Source of the DNA: an uncultured bacterium
Lineage (GTDB): Bacteria > Omnitrophota > Omnitrophia > Omnitrophales > Aquincolibacteriaceae
DNA: 64,000 bases
Assembly (NCBI GenBank): GCA_964385615.1
Contig: CAYLPP010000014.1
Coordinates: 3,836-67,835 of the forward strand
Direction: 5' to 3'
The notes beneath the pieces were generated by a model, which was not told the DNA's origin, made no database searches, and was given only the letters and a program-made list of their open reading frames with translations. Shown one piece after another: positions 18,507 through 29,110 of the stretch. Both the position numbers and the translations under genes were made by a program. How positions within the stretch are numbered: the first letter of the stretch is position 1; every line of letters starts with the position of its first letter.

Positions 18507-20429
18507 TCAGGAAGCCGGGGAAAAAGCAGGGGTGTTAAAGCGGAGTTCGCTGAGAACGCGGGCGGCAATTTTTTCAGGTGAAAGCCCGAAGCGGTCAAAG
18601 AGGACTTCCTTGCTTCCCTGCTCAATAAAATGATCGGGCAGCGCGAAACGGTGCGTAAATACATCCGACGCTTTATTCTGTTCCAGAAATTCCAAAACTT
18701 TGGAACCGAACCCGCCGGTTAAAACATGTTCTTCCAGAGTGAAAAGAAAACGGCTTTTTTCAATCGAATCCAAAATCAAACGTCCGTCAAGAGGGCGGGC
18801 AAAACGCATATTTACAACCCGCACATTCGTGCCCTGAGCTTTAAGCAAATCATGCGCCTTGAGAGCGATTTCTACCATACTGCCCAAAGCAAGCAAGGTT
18901 GCGTCACTGCCTTCGCGGATCACTTCCCCCTCACCAATGGCGAAAGGCGCGGACGCGCGCGTATAATCCAAATAAGTTTTAGGCACATTTCCCCGCGGGA
19001 AGCGCAGAGCGAATAAATGCGGGTAATCCAGCGCGAGCTTCATCATCTGATCCATTTCAAATTCATCTTTAGGAGCGGCAATTACGGCGTCGGGAATGTG
19101 CCCCAGGTAGCTGATATCAAAAACACCGTTGTGCGTCGCTCCATCGGCGCCGACCAGTCCGGCACGGTCCATCGCCACAACCAAAGGCTGACGCTGAAGC
19201 GAAATATCATGAAGCAGGTTATCCTGAGAGCGCTGAAGGAAAGTGGAATAAATCGCGCAGACGGGTTTAAAACCGCCTTTGGAAAGAGCGCCCGCGAAAG
19301 TCACCGCGTGCTGTTCGGCGATACCGACGTCAAAAAATCTTTCCGGAAACTTTTTCTGAAATTCAACAAGCCCGGTTCCGGAAGGCATAGCCGCCGTAAT
19401 GGCGACAATCTTCTCATCTTCCTGAGCCCGCTTGATCAGGGACTGAACAAAAATTTTGGTGTAGGCAAGCCCTTCGGTTTTGGCTTTTTCAACTTCCTGC
19501 GGGCTCTTGATCTTCTCGCCTGTTTTCACGTTAAAAGGCGTCACGCCGTGACCGCGCTCTTCCGTGTCTTTTTCAGCAAAACCGCAGCCTTTTCCTTTCT
19601 GCGTAATAATATGAAGCAGACTGCAATCCTTAAGCGAAAGCACCTTGCGCAGAGTCTCAACCAGACTCACTACATCATGGCCGTCAACGGGCCCAAAATA
19701 ACGCAGACCCATTTCTTCGAAAAGAATCCCGGGAATCAGCAGATGCTTGACACTCTCAAGGCTTTGGGCCGCCAACCGGCGCAAACGAGGGAATCTATCG
19801 ATCTGTTTTTCAACCTCAGAGCGGACCCGGTTATAAAGAGGATTGGTCAGAACTTTATTCAGGTACTTGCTGATCCCGCCCACGTTTTTGGAAATCGACA
19901 TTTCATTGTCGTTCAGAATAATCAGCATTTCCCGTTTCAGATGGCCGGCATTGTTCAGCGCTTCATAAGAAAGACCGGCGGTTAAAGCCCCGTCGCCGAC
20001 GACGGCCACGACCTTTTCAGAAGATTTGCGCAGATCACGCGCGACCGCGAGACCCAGAGCCTGAGAAATCGCGGTACCCGCGTGGCCAACGATAAAATGA
20101 TCATGGGGATTTTCAAAAGGAGAAGGAAAACCGCTGATACCTTCATGCTGACGCAGGGTGTGCATTTGCTCGCGCCGGCCGGTAATCATCTTGTGGACAT
20201 AAGCCTGATGGCCGACGTCCCAGCAAATTTTATCCGCAGGAGATTCAAGCACGTAGTGAAGCGCGATATTCAGTTCCAGCGCGCCCAAACTCGCGCCCAG
20301 ATGACCGCCGGTCTTGGAGACCGCTTCGATCAGAAAACGGCGGTATTCATCCGCCACTTCCGGCAGGTTTTCAAGCGGAACCTTTTTCAGGTCCGCGGGT
20401 GAATTAATTCGATCGATCCATCGATACAT
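18507..20429 (-). CDS. dxs: 1-deoxy-D-xylulose-5-phosphate synthase
   Basis: 640 aa with a transketolase-like TPP-binding region (GDGALTAG…NDN). The length and motifs are diagnostic. Confidence 0.95.
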   Translation of the reverse strand: MYRWIDRINSPADLKKVPLENLPEVADEYRRFLIEAVSKTGGHLGASLGALELNIALHYVLESPADKICWDVGHQAYVHKMITGRREQMHTLRQHEGISGFPSPFENPHDHFIVGHAGTAISQALGLAVARDLRKSSEKVVAVVGDGALTAGLSYEALNNAGHLKREMLIILNDNEMSISKNVGGISKYLNKVLTNPLYNRVRSEVEKQIDRFPRLRRLAAQSLESVKHLLIPGILFEEMGLRYFGPVDGHDVVSLVETLRKVLSLKDCSLLHIITQKGKGCGFAEKDTEERGHGVTPFNVKTGEKIKSPQEVEKAKTEGLAYTKIFVQSLIKRAQEDEKIVAITAAMPSGTGLVEFQKKFPERFFDVGIAEQHAVTFAGALSKGGFKPVCAIYSTFLQRSQDNLLHDISLQRQPLVVAMDRAGLVGADGATHNGVFDISYLGHIPDAVIAAPKDEFEMDQMMKLALDYPHLFALRFPRGNVPKTYLDYTRASAPFAIGEGEVIREGSDATLLALGSMVEIALKAHDLLKAQGTNVRVVNMRFARPLDGRLILDSIEKSRFLFTLEEHVLTGGFGSKVLEFLEQNKASDVFTHRFALPDHFIEQGSKEVLFDRFGLSPEKIAARVLSELRFNTPAFSPAS

Positions 20430-21255
20430 GTTTACCTCTGGGCAGACGTTTCAAAAGAAAGTCCGCGAGAAATAGAAGTTTTTCAGCCTTTTTGCCAAGC
20501 GGATGAATTTCCCGTTTAGCATGCGCGATCAAGTGCCTCACTCTTTGGCGGACTTCAGTTTCATGAATCAGACGGGTGTAACCGTCACGGTCCAGGCAAT
20601 CGTCAATCAACTGAAAGGCCAAGCCCAGCGCTTCACCGTAATGAAGCATACGGGACTTAATGTCTTTGGAGGCACCGGCTGCAATCGCACCGCTGACGGC
20701 GGAAGCTTTGATCAGCATTCCAGTTTTATGGATACTGATAAAGTCCAGCATGGGAAGGCTGAGCTCCCCCGCGGGAGCCGTCAGTTCAGCAACCTGACCG
20801 CCGATCATACCATAAGTTCCCGCGGCCGTCGATATCTCCCCCAGGAGCTGAATAGCCCTCCCAGCAGGCTGAATTCGGGACAGTAAATAGAAGGCATGGT
20901 TCAAAAGTCCGTCCCCGGCCATGATAGCCAGCGCCTCCCCGAACTTTTTATGGCAGGAAGGTTGGCCTCGACGTTCGTCATCGTTATCCAGAGCGGGCAA
21001 ATCATCGTGAACCAGCGAATAGCAGTGAATCAGCTCCAGAGAAATAGCCGGAATAACCGCGTCCAGAGCGGAACCTCCCGCGGCTTCACAAGAAGCAAGC
21101 GTGAGAACCGGGCGGAAACGCTTGCCTGCGGGAAAAACGGAATAACGCATAGCCTCATGAACCGCAGAGGGATGCTGAGACGCGGGCGGGAGCATCTCGT
21201 CCAGGGATTTTTCCACCAATTCCAGGTAGGACTTGAAATAACTTTCGTACTTCAA
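20404..21255 (-). CDS. ispA: (2E,6E)-farnesyl/geranyl diphosphate synthase
   Basis: 283 aa. First DDxxD motif is LVHDDLPALDNDDERRG. The second is FQLIDDCLD. Confidence 0.9.
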   Translation of the reverse strand: MKYESYFKSYLELVEKSLDEMLPPASQHPSAVHEAMRYSVFPAGKRFRPVLTLASCEAAGGSALDAVIPAISLELIHCYSLVHDDLPALDNDDERRGQPSCHKKFGEALAIMAGDGLLNHAFYLLSRIQPAGRAIQLLGEISTAAGTYGMIGGQVAELTAPAGELSLPMLDFISIHKTGMLIKASAVSGAIAAGASKDIKSRMLHYGEALGLAFQLIDDCLDRDGYTRLIHETEVRQRVRHLIAHAKREIHPLGKKAEKLLFLADFLLKRLPRGKHVSMDRSN

Positions 21256-21563
21256 ATCAGGAGGTCCTCTTCATCATCTTTTTCCGGAACCGCTTTCGAA
21301 GCTTTGGATTTTTTCCGGGAAGATTTTTCTTCTTCATCTGAATCCTCCAGAGACTCGCGCTTCAAATTCCCGTCCAGAGACCGGGTCAAAACTTCGATTT
21401 TCTTTTCAGCCGCGGCCAGGCGCTGCTGACAAACGGCTGAAAGTTTCACGCCCTCTTCATACTTCTTGAGCGCGTCTTCAAGCGTTACATTCCCTTCTTC
21501 AAGTTCTTCAACAATCTTCTCGAGCCTTTCAAGGGCTTTTTCAAATTTGATTTCTTCAGCCAT
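21252..21563 (-). CDS. xseB: Exodeoxyribonuclease VII small subunit, with acidic/Ser-rich C-terminal extension
   Basis: 103 aa. The N-terminal 65 aa match XseB (FEKALERLEKIVEELEEGNVTLEDAL). It sits immediately downstream of xseA. Confidence 0.8.
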   Translation of the reverse strand: MAEEIKFEKALERLEKIVEELEEGNVTLEDALKKYEEGVKLSAVCQQRLAAAEKKIEVLTRSLDGNLKRESLEDSDEEEKSSRKKSKASKAVPEKDDEEDLLI

Positions 21564-22821
21564 GGGATGCCTCCCCTGATTCCATTCCGGTCACCGTCGA
21601 ATCCACAGTGCCGTTTTTCAAACGGGTGCGTATTCTATCACCTTTTTTGAGTTTTCGAACGTCTTTCAGCACGCCCCCATCCTCCCGGAAAGTCACGGAA
21701 TACCCCCGGTCCAGAATGGCCAAAGGGCTCAAAGCGTGGAGCCGGCCCGCCCCTGCATGGAAAGCCTGCTTCTTCACCGCATAGCGGGATTTCAGGTAAT
21801 TCTGCATCTGACGCAAAAGCTCATCGACCCGCTGGGAAAACTGATCAATCAGGATCTGAGGCTGTTTGAACGCGTGACTTTGTTCGAGAATTTCGAGTTC
21901 CTGCTTTTTAGATTCAAGAATCATCGACATCTGACCGCGCAGGCGTGCTGTCTTTTCCATCAATCCCCGTTCCAGCTCCTGGCGATTTTGCACCACAAGC
22001 TCCGCCGCGGCAGAAGGCGTAGGCGCGCGTAGATCCGCGACCAGATCACAAATGGTCCAGTCGATTTCATGACCGACGGCGGAAATCACTGGAATCTTGG
22101 ATTCATAAACCGCGCGGGCCACAGCCTCTTCATTAAAAGCCCAGAGGTCTTCCATGCTTCCACCGCCCCGGCCTACAATCATGACGTCGACTCCGCCCAG
22201 CCTGTTCAATTCTCCAATGGCCCGTGCAATTTGCGCCGCAGAGCCTTCACCCTGCACCTGCACCGGATTAAGCAAAATCGTCGTACCGCAAAAACGGCGG
22301 TTGACCACGTTCAAAATATCCTGAAACGCGGCGCCCGTGCGGGACGTGACAACACCTACCACTTTTGGAAATCTCGGAATCGGTTTTTTGTGCGCCGGAT
22401 CAAACAAACCTTCTTTTTCCAGCTTCTCCTTCATTTGGAGAAACGCCAGCTGGAGAGCTCCCACACCTTTCGGCTCCAGCCTTTCAATGTAAAGCTGGTA
22501 CTGCCCGCGCGGTTCGTAAAGTGAAATTCGTCCGAAAGCCAGAACCTGCAGACCGTCTTTGGGTTCAAATTTCAAAAAGCGGTTCTGCCCGTTAAAAAAC
22601 ACGGCAGAAATCTGGGACTTATCATCTTTTAAACTCAGATACATATGGCCGGAACTATGTTTTTTAAAATTTGAAATTTCGCCCTCAATCCAGAGATTGG
22701 CGAATTTCTCTTCCAGAATCAGACGGATACCCCGGTTCACCTGGCTGGGCGTGTAGGCTTTACGCTGAACCGGTGCTTTTGGAACTCCCATTTCAATATA
22801 AGGTTCTTCAGTAAAACTCAT
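21556..22821 (-). CDS. xseA: Exodeoxyribonuclease VII large subunit
   Basis: 421 aa. It has an OB-fold N-terminus and a catalytic core (VVGVVTSRTGAA…RGGGS). Confidence 0.9.
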   Translation of the reverse strand: MSFTEEPYIEMGVPKAPVQRKAYTPSQVNRGIRLILEEKFANLWIEGEISNFKKHSSGHMYLSLKDDKSQISAVFFNGQNRFLKFEPKDGLQVLAFGRISLYEPRGQYQLYIERLEPKGVGALQLAFLQMKEKLEKEGLFDPAHKKPIPRFPKVVGVVTSRTGAAFQDILNVVNRRFCGTTILLNPVQVQGEGSAAQIARAIGELNRLGGVDVMIVGRGGGSMEDLWAFNEEAVARAVYESKIPVISAVGHEIDWTICDLVADLRAPTPSAAAELVVQNRQELERGLMEKTARLRGQMSMILESKKQELEILEQSHAFKQPQILIDQFSQRVDELLRQMQNYLKSRYAVKKQAFHAGAGRLHALSPLAILDRGYSVTFREDGGVLKDVRKLKKGDRIRTRLKNGTVDSTVTGMESGEASHG

Positions 22822-22829
22822 TCTCTTTC

Positions 22830-23393
22830 TTACTCTGTAATCACTTGGTCCACAGGAAGGTCATGCTTCGCGACCGGAACTCTTTTAACCATCTGGCAGC
22901 GGAAAGCTAAACCTATTTTCTCCGCGCCGCTCAACCTCGCGAGAAATCGGTCAAAATAACCGGCACCGCGCCCGAGCCGGCGCCCTTTCCGGTCAAAACC
23001 CAGCCCAGGCACAAACGCAAGTTCAATGGACGCGGGTTTTCCAAGCCGGGAGCGCGAGGGTTTCGGTTCTAAAATACCGTAAGCTCCTTTACGCAGATCT
23101 TTTCTAAAATTCGCAACCCGGTAAATGCGGATTTTCTTTCCGGAAAGCACCAGGGGCGCGTAAACCTGCTTCCCATCTTCAAGGGCTTTAAGAATCAAAC
23201 CGGACGTCTGGACTTCCGTTCCAAATGAGACATAAGTCAGAAGTGTCCGGCAACGGCGATACGCCGGATGTTTTAAAACACGCAAAAGAATTTTCCGGTT
23301 TTTAATTTGACGGGCACGGGGCGAAAGAAGCTCCAGTTTTTTTTTCAGGGCTTCCCGCATCCGGGATTTCTGGATTTTAATATCAGACGGCAT
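22830..23393 (-). CDS. 5-formyltetrahydrofolate cyclo-ligase
   Basis: 187 aa with a GAGYFDR-type C-terminal motif. The size and layout fit MTHFS. Confidence 0.75.
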   Translation of the reverse strand: MPSDIKIQKSRMREALKKKLELLSPRARQIKNRKILLRVLKHPAYRRCRTLLTYVSFGTEVQTSGLILKALEDGKQVYAPLVLSGKKIRIYRVANFRKDLRKGAYGILEPKPSRSRLGKPASIELAFVPGLGFDRKGRRLGRGAGYFDRFLARLSGAEKIGLAFRCQMVKRVPVAKHDLPVDQVITE

Positions 23394-23398
23394 CAGGG

Positions 23399-26300
23399 CT
23401 AATTTTTAAGTTTCGGGGCAGGCGCCGGAACCGCTCGTTCAATGCCGGACCGCTGAGCTTCTTCCATCACCATCTGTTCGGTTGGAGACTGAGCCGGAAG
23501 CCACTGGCTTTCCCGGCGGCGAACCTGAAGTTCCCGAGCATCAAGAACACGCTGTTTTTCCTGGAGCTGATAGTCCTGACGGCTGAGCCGGGCCTCCCAT
23601 TCGGTGAGTCTGCCCTGCTCTTTTTGCAGTCCGTCCTGAGCCGCGCGCTTGGCACTTTCCAGATCGGCTTCAGACTTTCTCAACGCGGCCCACTCCCCTT
23701 GAATCTGGGTCTGCAGAGCGCTGAGCTGATTTTCACGGCCGGTCAAAGACGCGAAATTACGTTCAAGCTCTTCCCGGCTGTGACTGATCGCGTTATCATA
23801 ATTTCTTTTTTCTTCCGCCGATTTATTTTTCTCCTGCTCAATTTTAGCTTTTGCCAGCTCGAGGGCTTTCAGATTCTGTTCCAGAGACTGTTCACTGGCG
23901 AGCCGGTCTTTTTCCCAGGCTTGTCTGGAAGCATTAAACGTTTCCACATTCTGAAGGTAAACCGCGTTTTGAGTTTCCAGCGCCGCGCGTCTTTTCTCAA
24001 ATTCGTCAGCCTGTTCTCCCAGTTTTTTGCGGGCGGTCTCAAGATCTCCGGCCTTGCTGTCCAAAGCCGTTTGACGCTGATCCAACTCCAGATTCCGGGC
24101 ATCCAGGCTCTGAGCATTCTGGGTTAAAAACGTCTGGGCTTGCTGCATGGCGGATTCCTTGGCGCTCCGCTCCTGAACCCAAGCCTGCTTCTCGGCCGTA
24201 AAAGCCTGCTCTTTTTCTTCCAAAGCTTTTTTCACCTGAGCGTTTTCATTTTCGAGACGCGAAGCTTTGGTTTCACGCTCGGAAACCGCTTTTTCAGCGG
24301 CGGATACCAACTGCTTTTCTGAATCAAGTTTGTTTTTCAATTCAGTTTTTTCAGCTTCCCAGGCCGTTCGAAGCTGATTGAATTCCGTCAACTGCTTTTC
24401 GTAAAGACTCTTATCCCGTTCCAAAGCCGCTTGCTGATTTTTAAACTTGGCCTGTTCCTGTAAAAGCTGATCCTGGCGCGAGGAAAGCTGACTTTTCGCT
24501 TCCTTAAGCATGAGGGTTTCAGATTCCAGCTTTTTCTGTCCTGTCGAAAGAACCGCTTCCCGCTGTTCCAGGTCCTTACTCCGCAAATCCAGAGACTGCG
24601 TCTGATCTTTAATGCGCGTTTCAGCCAGAAGTTTCTCATTTTCAAAACGCTTCCGGTCCTGATCAAGTAATGATTTCAGCTCAGAGGATTTCAAATCAAA
24701 AGCCTGTTTATCGGCGTCCAGAACCCGTCTCTCCTCGCCCAGCTGTTTTTTCTCATCAGATACGGCACGGGCCTTTTGATTCAGCGCGCTTTCACGGACG
24801 TTTAAAGCTTCCTGCCGGGATTCCAGACTGGTTTTAAGCTCTGAAACAGCCTGCTCACGGCCGGCCATTTCCAACGCCTGTGCTTTCTTTTGTTCTTCCC
24901 AAATAGTCTGATCCTGACTGAGCTTCAGAGTCCCGACCTTGAACGCGGCCTCCTCAGCTTCAAATGAACGGATGCGCTCGGCAAGAGAAGCCTGATCGGC
25001 CGCGATTAGGTTCCGGCTATCGGTCATTTTAGCTTCCCATTCCGAACGCATTTTCTCAAATTGGGTTTTCTCAGTTTCTAACTTCTTACGCTCAAGCAAA
25101 AGATCCGCTTTAGCCTGAGAAAGTTCTTTCTGGAGTCCGCTAAGCCGGGCTTCTTTATCAGTTACCGTTTTCTGGCGTTCTTGGAGCTGTGCGTCCAAAG
25201 CCCCAAGCCGGGCTTCTTCACCGCTTTTTTCATTCTGCCAGGCTCTTTTCTCCTCGTTCCAATGAAGTTTGTCATCAGAAAGCTGAGCGCGGGAAGCAGC
25301 AAGTTCCTTATCCTGATCGGCCAATCCCTGAGTCCGCTGATCAAGGCTAAGTTTAAGATTGGCCAGGTCCTGTTTCTGTGAAGCGAACTCTTCTTTACGT
25401 CCCGAAAGTTCGAGCTCCCATTTCTTTTGGGCGGCGTCAAGCTGATCACGGCCCCGTTCCAGCTCCGCGGTTTGAGCGCTCACAGCCGACTCACGGGCTT
25501 CCATGTCTTTTTGCCGCTGATCCAGAGCTTTTCTTTCCTGAGCCAACTTCTCCTTGAGAGGGAGGAGTTTTCCCAGCCGGACTTCAAGATCTCGCTCCTT
25601 ATCCTGAAGCGAACTGTTTCTAGCGGCAAAATCCGCTTCCTGCAAATCCCGGGCTTTTGTCCATGCCAGCTTGTCGTTTTCGTAGGCCGAGATTTTACGG
25701 CCGAACGCGGTCTTCTCTTCCTCAAAAGCTTGCTGGCGTTTTTTCATCTCTTCAACAGATTGAGCCCAGCGGTCGCGGTCAGTCTGAAAAGCAGTTTTTT
25801 CCTGAACCAGCTCGTCACGGAGATTCTCCAACTGTGTTTTTTCGTCTTTGATTTTCATTTTTCCCGCCTCAACAGAACTTGAAAGCTTTTCGAGCCGGGC
25901 CTGTTTTTCTTCTACCTGAGCCTGACGGCTTTGCAGAATCTCCTGATCTTTTATAGATTCTTCTTCGCGTTTTTTTAAAGCTTCTATTTTTTTCTGATAC
26001 TCGCCCAAATCTCGGTCTATCCTCGAGCGAGCCGCGGAAGTTTCATCTTCAGCCTGCTTACGCATCCGCTCAATACCGGCTTTTTCAGCTTCCAGCGCAG
26101 CACGTTCAGACTCCAGACCGCTTTTCTGTTTCTCAAAATCGGTACGCCGGGCTTCAAATTCCCGCTGAAGTGATTCAAAAACCTGCGTCTTTTCCTGTAA
26201 CGCTGTTTCCTCTTCCCCGATCTTCTTCCGGCTCGCTTCAAGCACGGTTTGCTCCTGCGATCTGGCTTTAACCTCGCTTTCAAAAGCCGCCGCGCGGTCC

Positions 26301-28924
26301 GATAACTCTTTTTCCCTGGAAGCCAAATCAAGTTCCTTGCGGTTTAATTCTCCCCTCGCGTCTTCAAGCTGAAGCTTAAGAGCTTCCGCTTGTTGTTTTT
26401 CCTGATTCAAGGATTCCCGCTTGCCCAGCCATTCCTTTTTCTCAAACGCAAATGCCTTCCTCCCCGCTTCAAACTCCGACTCCCGCTTATCCAAATTTAA
26501 TTGTCTATTCTTGAGCTGATCTTCCAAAACGGTCAAGGACTGCTGTTTCTGTTCCAACGCGGCCTTGTCGCCATCCAGCTGTTTTTGGAGCTCTTCGAAC
26601 TTCTGTTTTTCTCCTGAAAAACTCGATTGTTTTTCCATCCAGATTTTTTTATTGTCCGCAAGTTCTTTACGCTCAGCTTCCAAATCACTCGCTGTTTTTT
26701 CCAGCTCCTGCTTGCGCTGAACAAAATCCTGCCGCTCCGCTTCCAGATCGGCTTTTAACCGCTCAATCTCAGCCTTCTGATTTTCCATCTGCCGGCTGGT
26801 CAGGGTAACGTCTTTTTGCTTTTCAATAAAAGCTTCTTCCTTGCGGAGAGCGTTAGCCTGACGGTCCTCAAGATGCTGTTTAAAGGCGGCCAGCTCCTGC
26901 TTGTTTTTCTCCAGCTCTGCTTTTTCTTTCTCAAAACTCTGGAGCTCTGACTCAAACTGCCTGCGGTCTTCCTGAAACCGTGTGATTTCTTTCCGCTGGT
27001 CTTCTTTTTCAGCATTAAACTTTTCACGTTCCTGACGGATAGCCGCGGAAGCTTCCTTCTGCTTTTCGACATCCGCCTGTATCCGGGCACTTAATTTCTG
27101 CTGATTCTGCTCCTGAAGCATTTTTGCCTGTTCCAGCTCTGATTTTAAATTCTCAAGCTCGCCGGCCATCCGCTGTTTTTCAGCTTTAAGAGTTTCAAGC
27201 TCCGCCTGACGGTCCGCTTCTTTTTGCTGTGAAATCTCAAGCGTTTCCTGGAGTTTCCCCTGAAGGGAGGACTGACTGCGGGCAAGTTCGCTTTTAAGCG
27301 ACGCGACTTGCTTTTCCAGAACCGCTTTACCGGATTCCATATCCTGCAGACTCGCCTGAAGATCCGCGTCACGTTGTTGGGAGGCTTCAAGAGCTTCTGC
27401 CGCGCCGGCTCTCAGCTCTTCATTTTTCTTTTTAAGCTCCGCATTCAGCAAACGCAAATCTTCAAGCTGTTGAGCCGCCTTATCCTTGGAAACGGCCGCT
27501 TCTTTCAGCTGGCGGTTTTCATCCGTTAATTTTTGAACCTCGGAAATTAAATCCGTCTGCTGATTGCCGATCATTTCTTTCTCAGTTTTAAGACGGGTCA
27601 AACCCGCGTTCAGCTCGGCAAGCTGAGCCTTGAGGGTTTTAATTTCATCTTTTGCCGCGGCGTCCATATCCGCACTTTGTTTTTGCAGTTCATTTTTCTT
27701 TTGGCTTTCCCACGACTGTTTTTCCTGAGCGAAAATCTCACGGGCATTTAAAAGCGCCTGGCGGGATTTCTCTATCTCGCTCTTTTCGTCCAAAACCTTC
27801 CGTTCAAGCTGTTTTTGCCCGTTAACCGCTTCTTCCCTGACCGTTAGCTCTTTTTCCCTCTTATCAAGGCTTTCAAGGCGGGCTTCAAGCGCCTGCTCTT
27901 TTTGCGCCAATTCCGATTCCCGCGCGGTATTCTGGGCTTCCAGAGTTTTAAGGGTCTGTTCCTTTTCACCCTGCCCGGCCTGAACCGCCTGACGCGCTTG
28001 CTCCAGCTCCCCTGTTTTTTCTTCAAGCTGGCGGGTTTTTGCTTCAAGATCTTTTTCCCGCGTCGAGGCTTCCAACTTCAGCCTTTCCTTCTCTTTTTCA
28101 AGACCGGCAATCCGGCTTTCCAGATCTTTCACGGCCTCAGGCAACTTGGTATCCGGCTTAGGCGCGGCATCGATCTGCTTCTTTTGTGAAGCAAGACTGT
28201 CCAACAGGGAGGCGCGTTCTTTATCCCAATCCTGCCTTGCTTTTTCAAACTCGGCCTGTTTCTCCATAAGAAAATCTTTTCCGGACTCAACGGCACCCTT
28301 GGGAGGAGCTCCTCCGCTCTTCATACCCCGCTGAGCCTCAAGGTCCTGACTCAACTTTTGCATTTCAAAAGCTTTCTTCTGTTCCGTTAACTCTCCCTGC
28401 TGTTTTTCAAGATCTTTCAGCTTCTCCATCCACATCTTCTTAAACTGCTCACCGGAAACCATTTTCTGTTTCAAGTCCTGTTCCCAACGGGCCAGCGCCT
28501 GGCCTTTCGCCGTCAATTCCTTGTCTTTTTCAGAAAGTCTTTCAGAACGGCCCGCCTTCTGTCTCTTTTCAAGATCCTCAATCTTCTTCTTTTGGAAAAG
28601 AATCTCTTCGTCTTTCCGGTGAAGTTCTTCCAGAATCTGCGCCGTCGATTCAGGAACATCAGGCTTAAGTTCGCGCTTTTCAATATCCCAGGCTTTTTTA
28701 CGGATTTCAAAGTCCTGAATCTTCTGAAGAAGGCCTTGCTTGATTTTTTCGAGCTGTTCCTCTTTTTTATCGAGAAACGCCATCTGCTTGTCGCGTTCTT
28801 TTTGCCATTGCTGTTTCTGCTTTAAAAAATCAGAGGTGGATGAGGAATCCTGATCGGCCGCGTAAACGAAGGGCGCGGCGGAAGATGCGGCGTTTATGAG
28901 GGCTAAAAAGAAAAAAAGCCCCAT
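23399..28924 (-). CDS. Giant secreted coiled-coil protein (~1,840 aa; E/K/Q/A/L/R-rich)
   Basis: This is the long ORF 23399..29137. I moved its start to the ATG at 28924 (MGLFFFLALINAASSAAPFVYA|ADQD, a signal peptide), because the upstream 71 codons would overlap the tRNA-Arg region. Apart from the signal peptide the product is almost pure heptad-like charged repeat. Confidence 0.75.
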   Translation of the reverse strand: MGLFFFLALINAASSAAPFVYAADQDSSSTSDFLKQKQQWQKERDKQMAFLDKKEEQLEKIKQGLLQKIQDFEIRKKAWDIEKRELKPDVPESTAQILEELHRKDEEILFQKKKIEDLEKRQKAGRSERLSEKDKELTAKGQALARWEQDLKQKMVSGEQFKKMWMEKLKDLEKQQGELTEQKKAFEMQKLSQDLEAQRGMKSGGAPPKGAVESGKDFLMEKQAEFEKARQDWDKERASLLDSLASQKKQIDAAPKPDTKLPEAVKDLESRIAGLEKEKERLKLEASTREKDLEAKTRQLEEKTGELEQARQAVQAGQGEKEQTLKTLEAQNTARESELAQKEQALEARLESLDKREKELTVREEAVNGQKQLERKVLDEKSEIEKSRQALLNAREIFAQEKQSWESQKKNELQKQSADMDAAAKDEIKTLKAQLAELNAGLTRLKTEKEMIGNQQTDLISEVQKLTDENRQLKEAAVSKDKAAQQLEDLRLLNAELKKKNEELRAGAAEALEASQQRDADLQASLQDMESGKAVLEKQVASLKSELARSQSSLQGKLQETLEISQQKEADRQAELETLKAEKQRMAGELENLKSELEQAKMLQEQNQQKLSARIQADVEKQKEASAAIRQEREKFNAEKEDQRKEITRFQEDRRQFESELQSFEKEKAELEKNKQELAAFKQHLEDRQANALRKEEAFIEKQKDVTLTSRQMENQKAEIERLKADLEAERQDFVQRKQELEKTASDLEAERKELADNKKIWMEKQSSFSGEKQKFEELQKQLDGDKAALEQKQQSLTVLEDQLKNRQLNLDKRESEFEAGRKAFAFEKKEWLGKRESLNQEKQQAEALKLQLEDARGELNRKELDLASREKELSDRAAAFESEVKARSQEQTVLEASRKKIGEEETALQEKTQVFESLQREFEARRTDFEKQKSGLESERAALEAEKAGIERMRKQAEDETSAARSRIDRDLGEYQKKIEALKKREEESIKDQEILQSRQAQVEEKQARLEKLSSSVEAGKMKIKDEKTQLENLRDELVQEKTAFQTDRDRWAQSVEEMKKRQQAFEEEKTAFGRKISAYENDKLAWTKARDLQEADFAARNSSLQDKERDLEVRLGKLLPLKEKLAQERKALDQRQKDMEARESAVSAQTAELERGRDQLDAAQKKWELELSGRKEEFASQKQDLANLKLSLDQRTQGLADQDKELAASRAQLSDDKLHWNEEKRAWQNEKSGEEARLGALDAQLQERQKTVTDKEARLSGLQKELSQAKADLLLERKKLETEKTQFEKMRSEWEAKMTDSRNLIAADQASLAERIRSFEAEEAAFKVGTLKLSQDQTIWEEQKKAQALEMAGREQAVSELKTSLESRQEALNVRESALNQKARAVSDEKKQLGEERRVLDADKQAFDLKSSELKSLLDQDRKRFENEKLLAETRIKDQTQSLDLRSKDLEQREAVLSTGQKKLESETLMLKEAKSQLSSRQDQLLQEQAKFKNQQAALERDKSLYEKQLTEFNQLRTAWEAEKTELKNKLDSEKQLVSAAEKAVSERETKASRLENENAQVKKALEEKEQAFTAEKQAWVQERSAKESAMQQAQTFLTQNAQSLDARNLELDQRQTALDSKAGDLETARKKLGEQADEFEKRRAALETQNAVYLQNVETFNASRQAWEKDRLASEQSLEQNLKALELAKAKIEQEKNKSAEEKRNYDNAISHSREELERNFASLTGRENQLSALQTQIQGEWAALRKSEADLESAKRAAQDGLQKEQGRLTEWEARLSRQDYQLQEKQRVLDARELQVRRRESQWLPAQSPTEQMVMEEAQRSGIERAVPAPAPKLKN

Positions 28925-29110
28925 TGAAAAATGGAGCTTACTCTTTTTGTAGTCAGTGTTTGTGATAATTTTAAATCCTCTCCCCGAAGGATGCTTCATA
29001 CTAGTACAGGGATTATAGGAAGTCAACGCTGTATAGGAGGGCAAAAATGCCTGACCGTAGACGGTATTCCTTAAACCGTCACGGATCAGGTATTTGCATT
29101 TGGATGCAAA

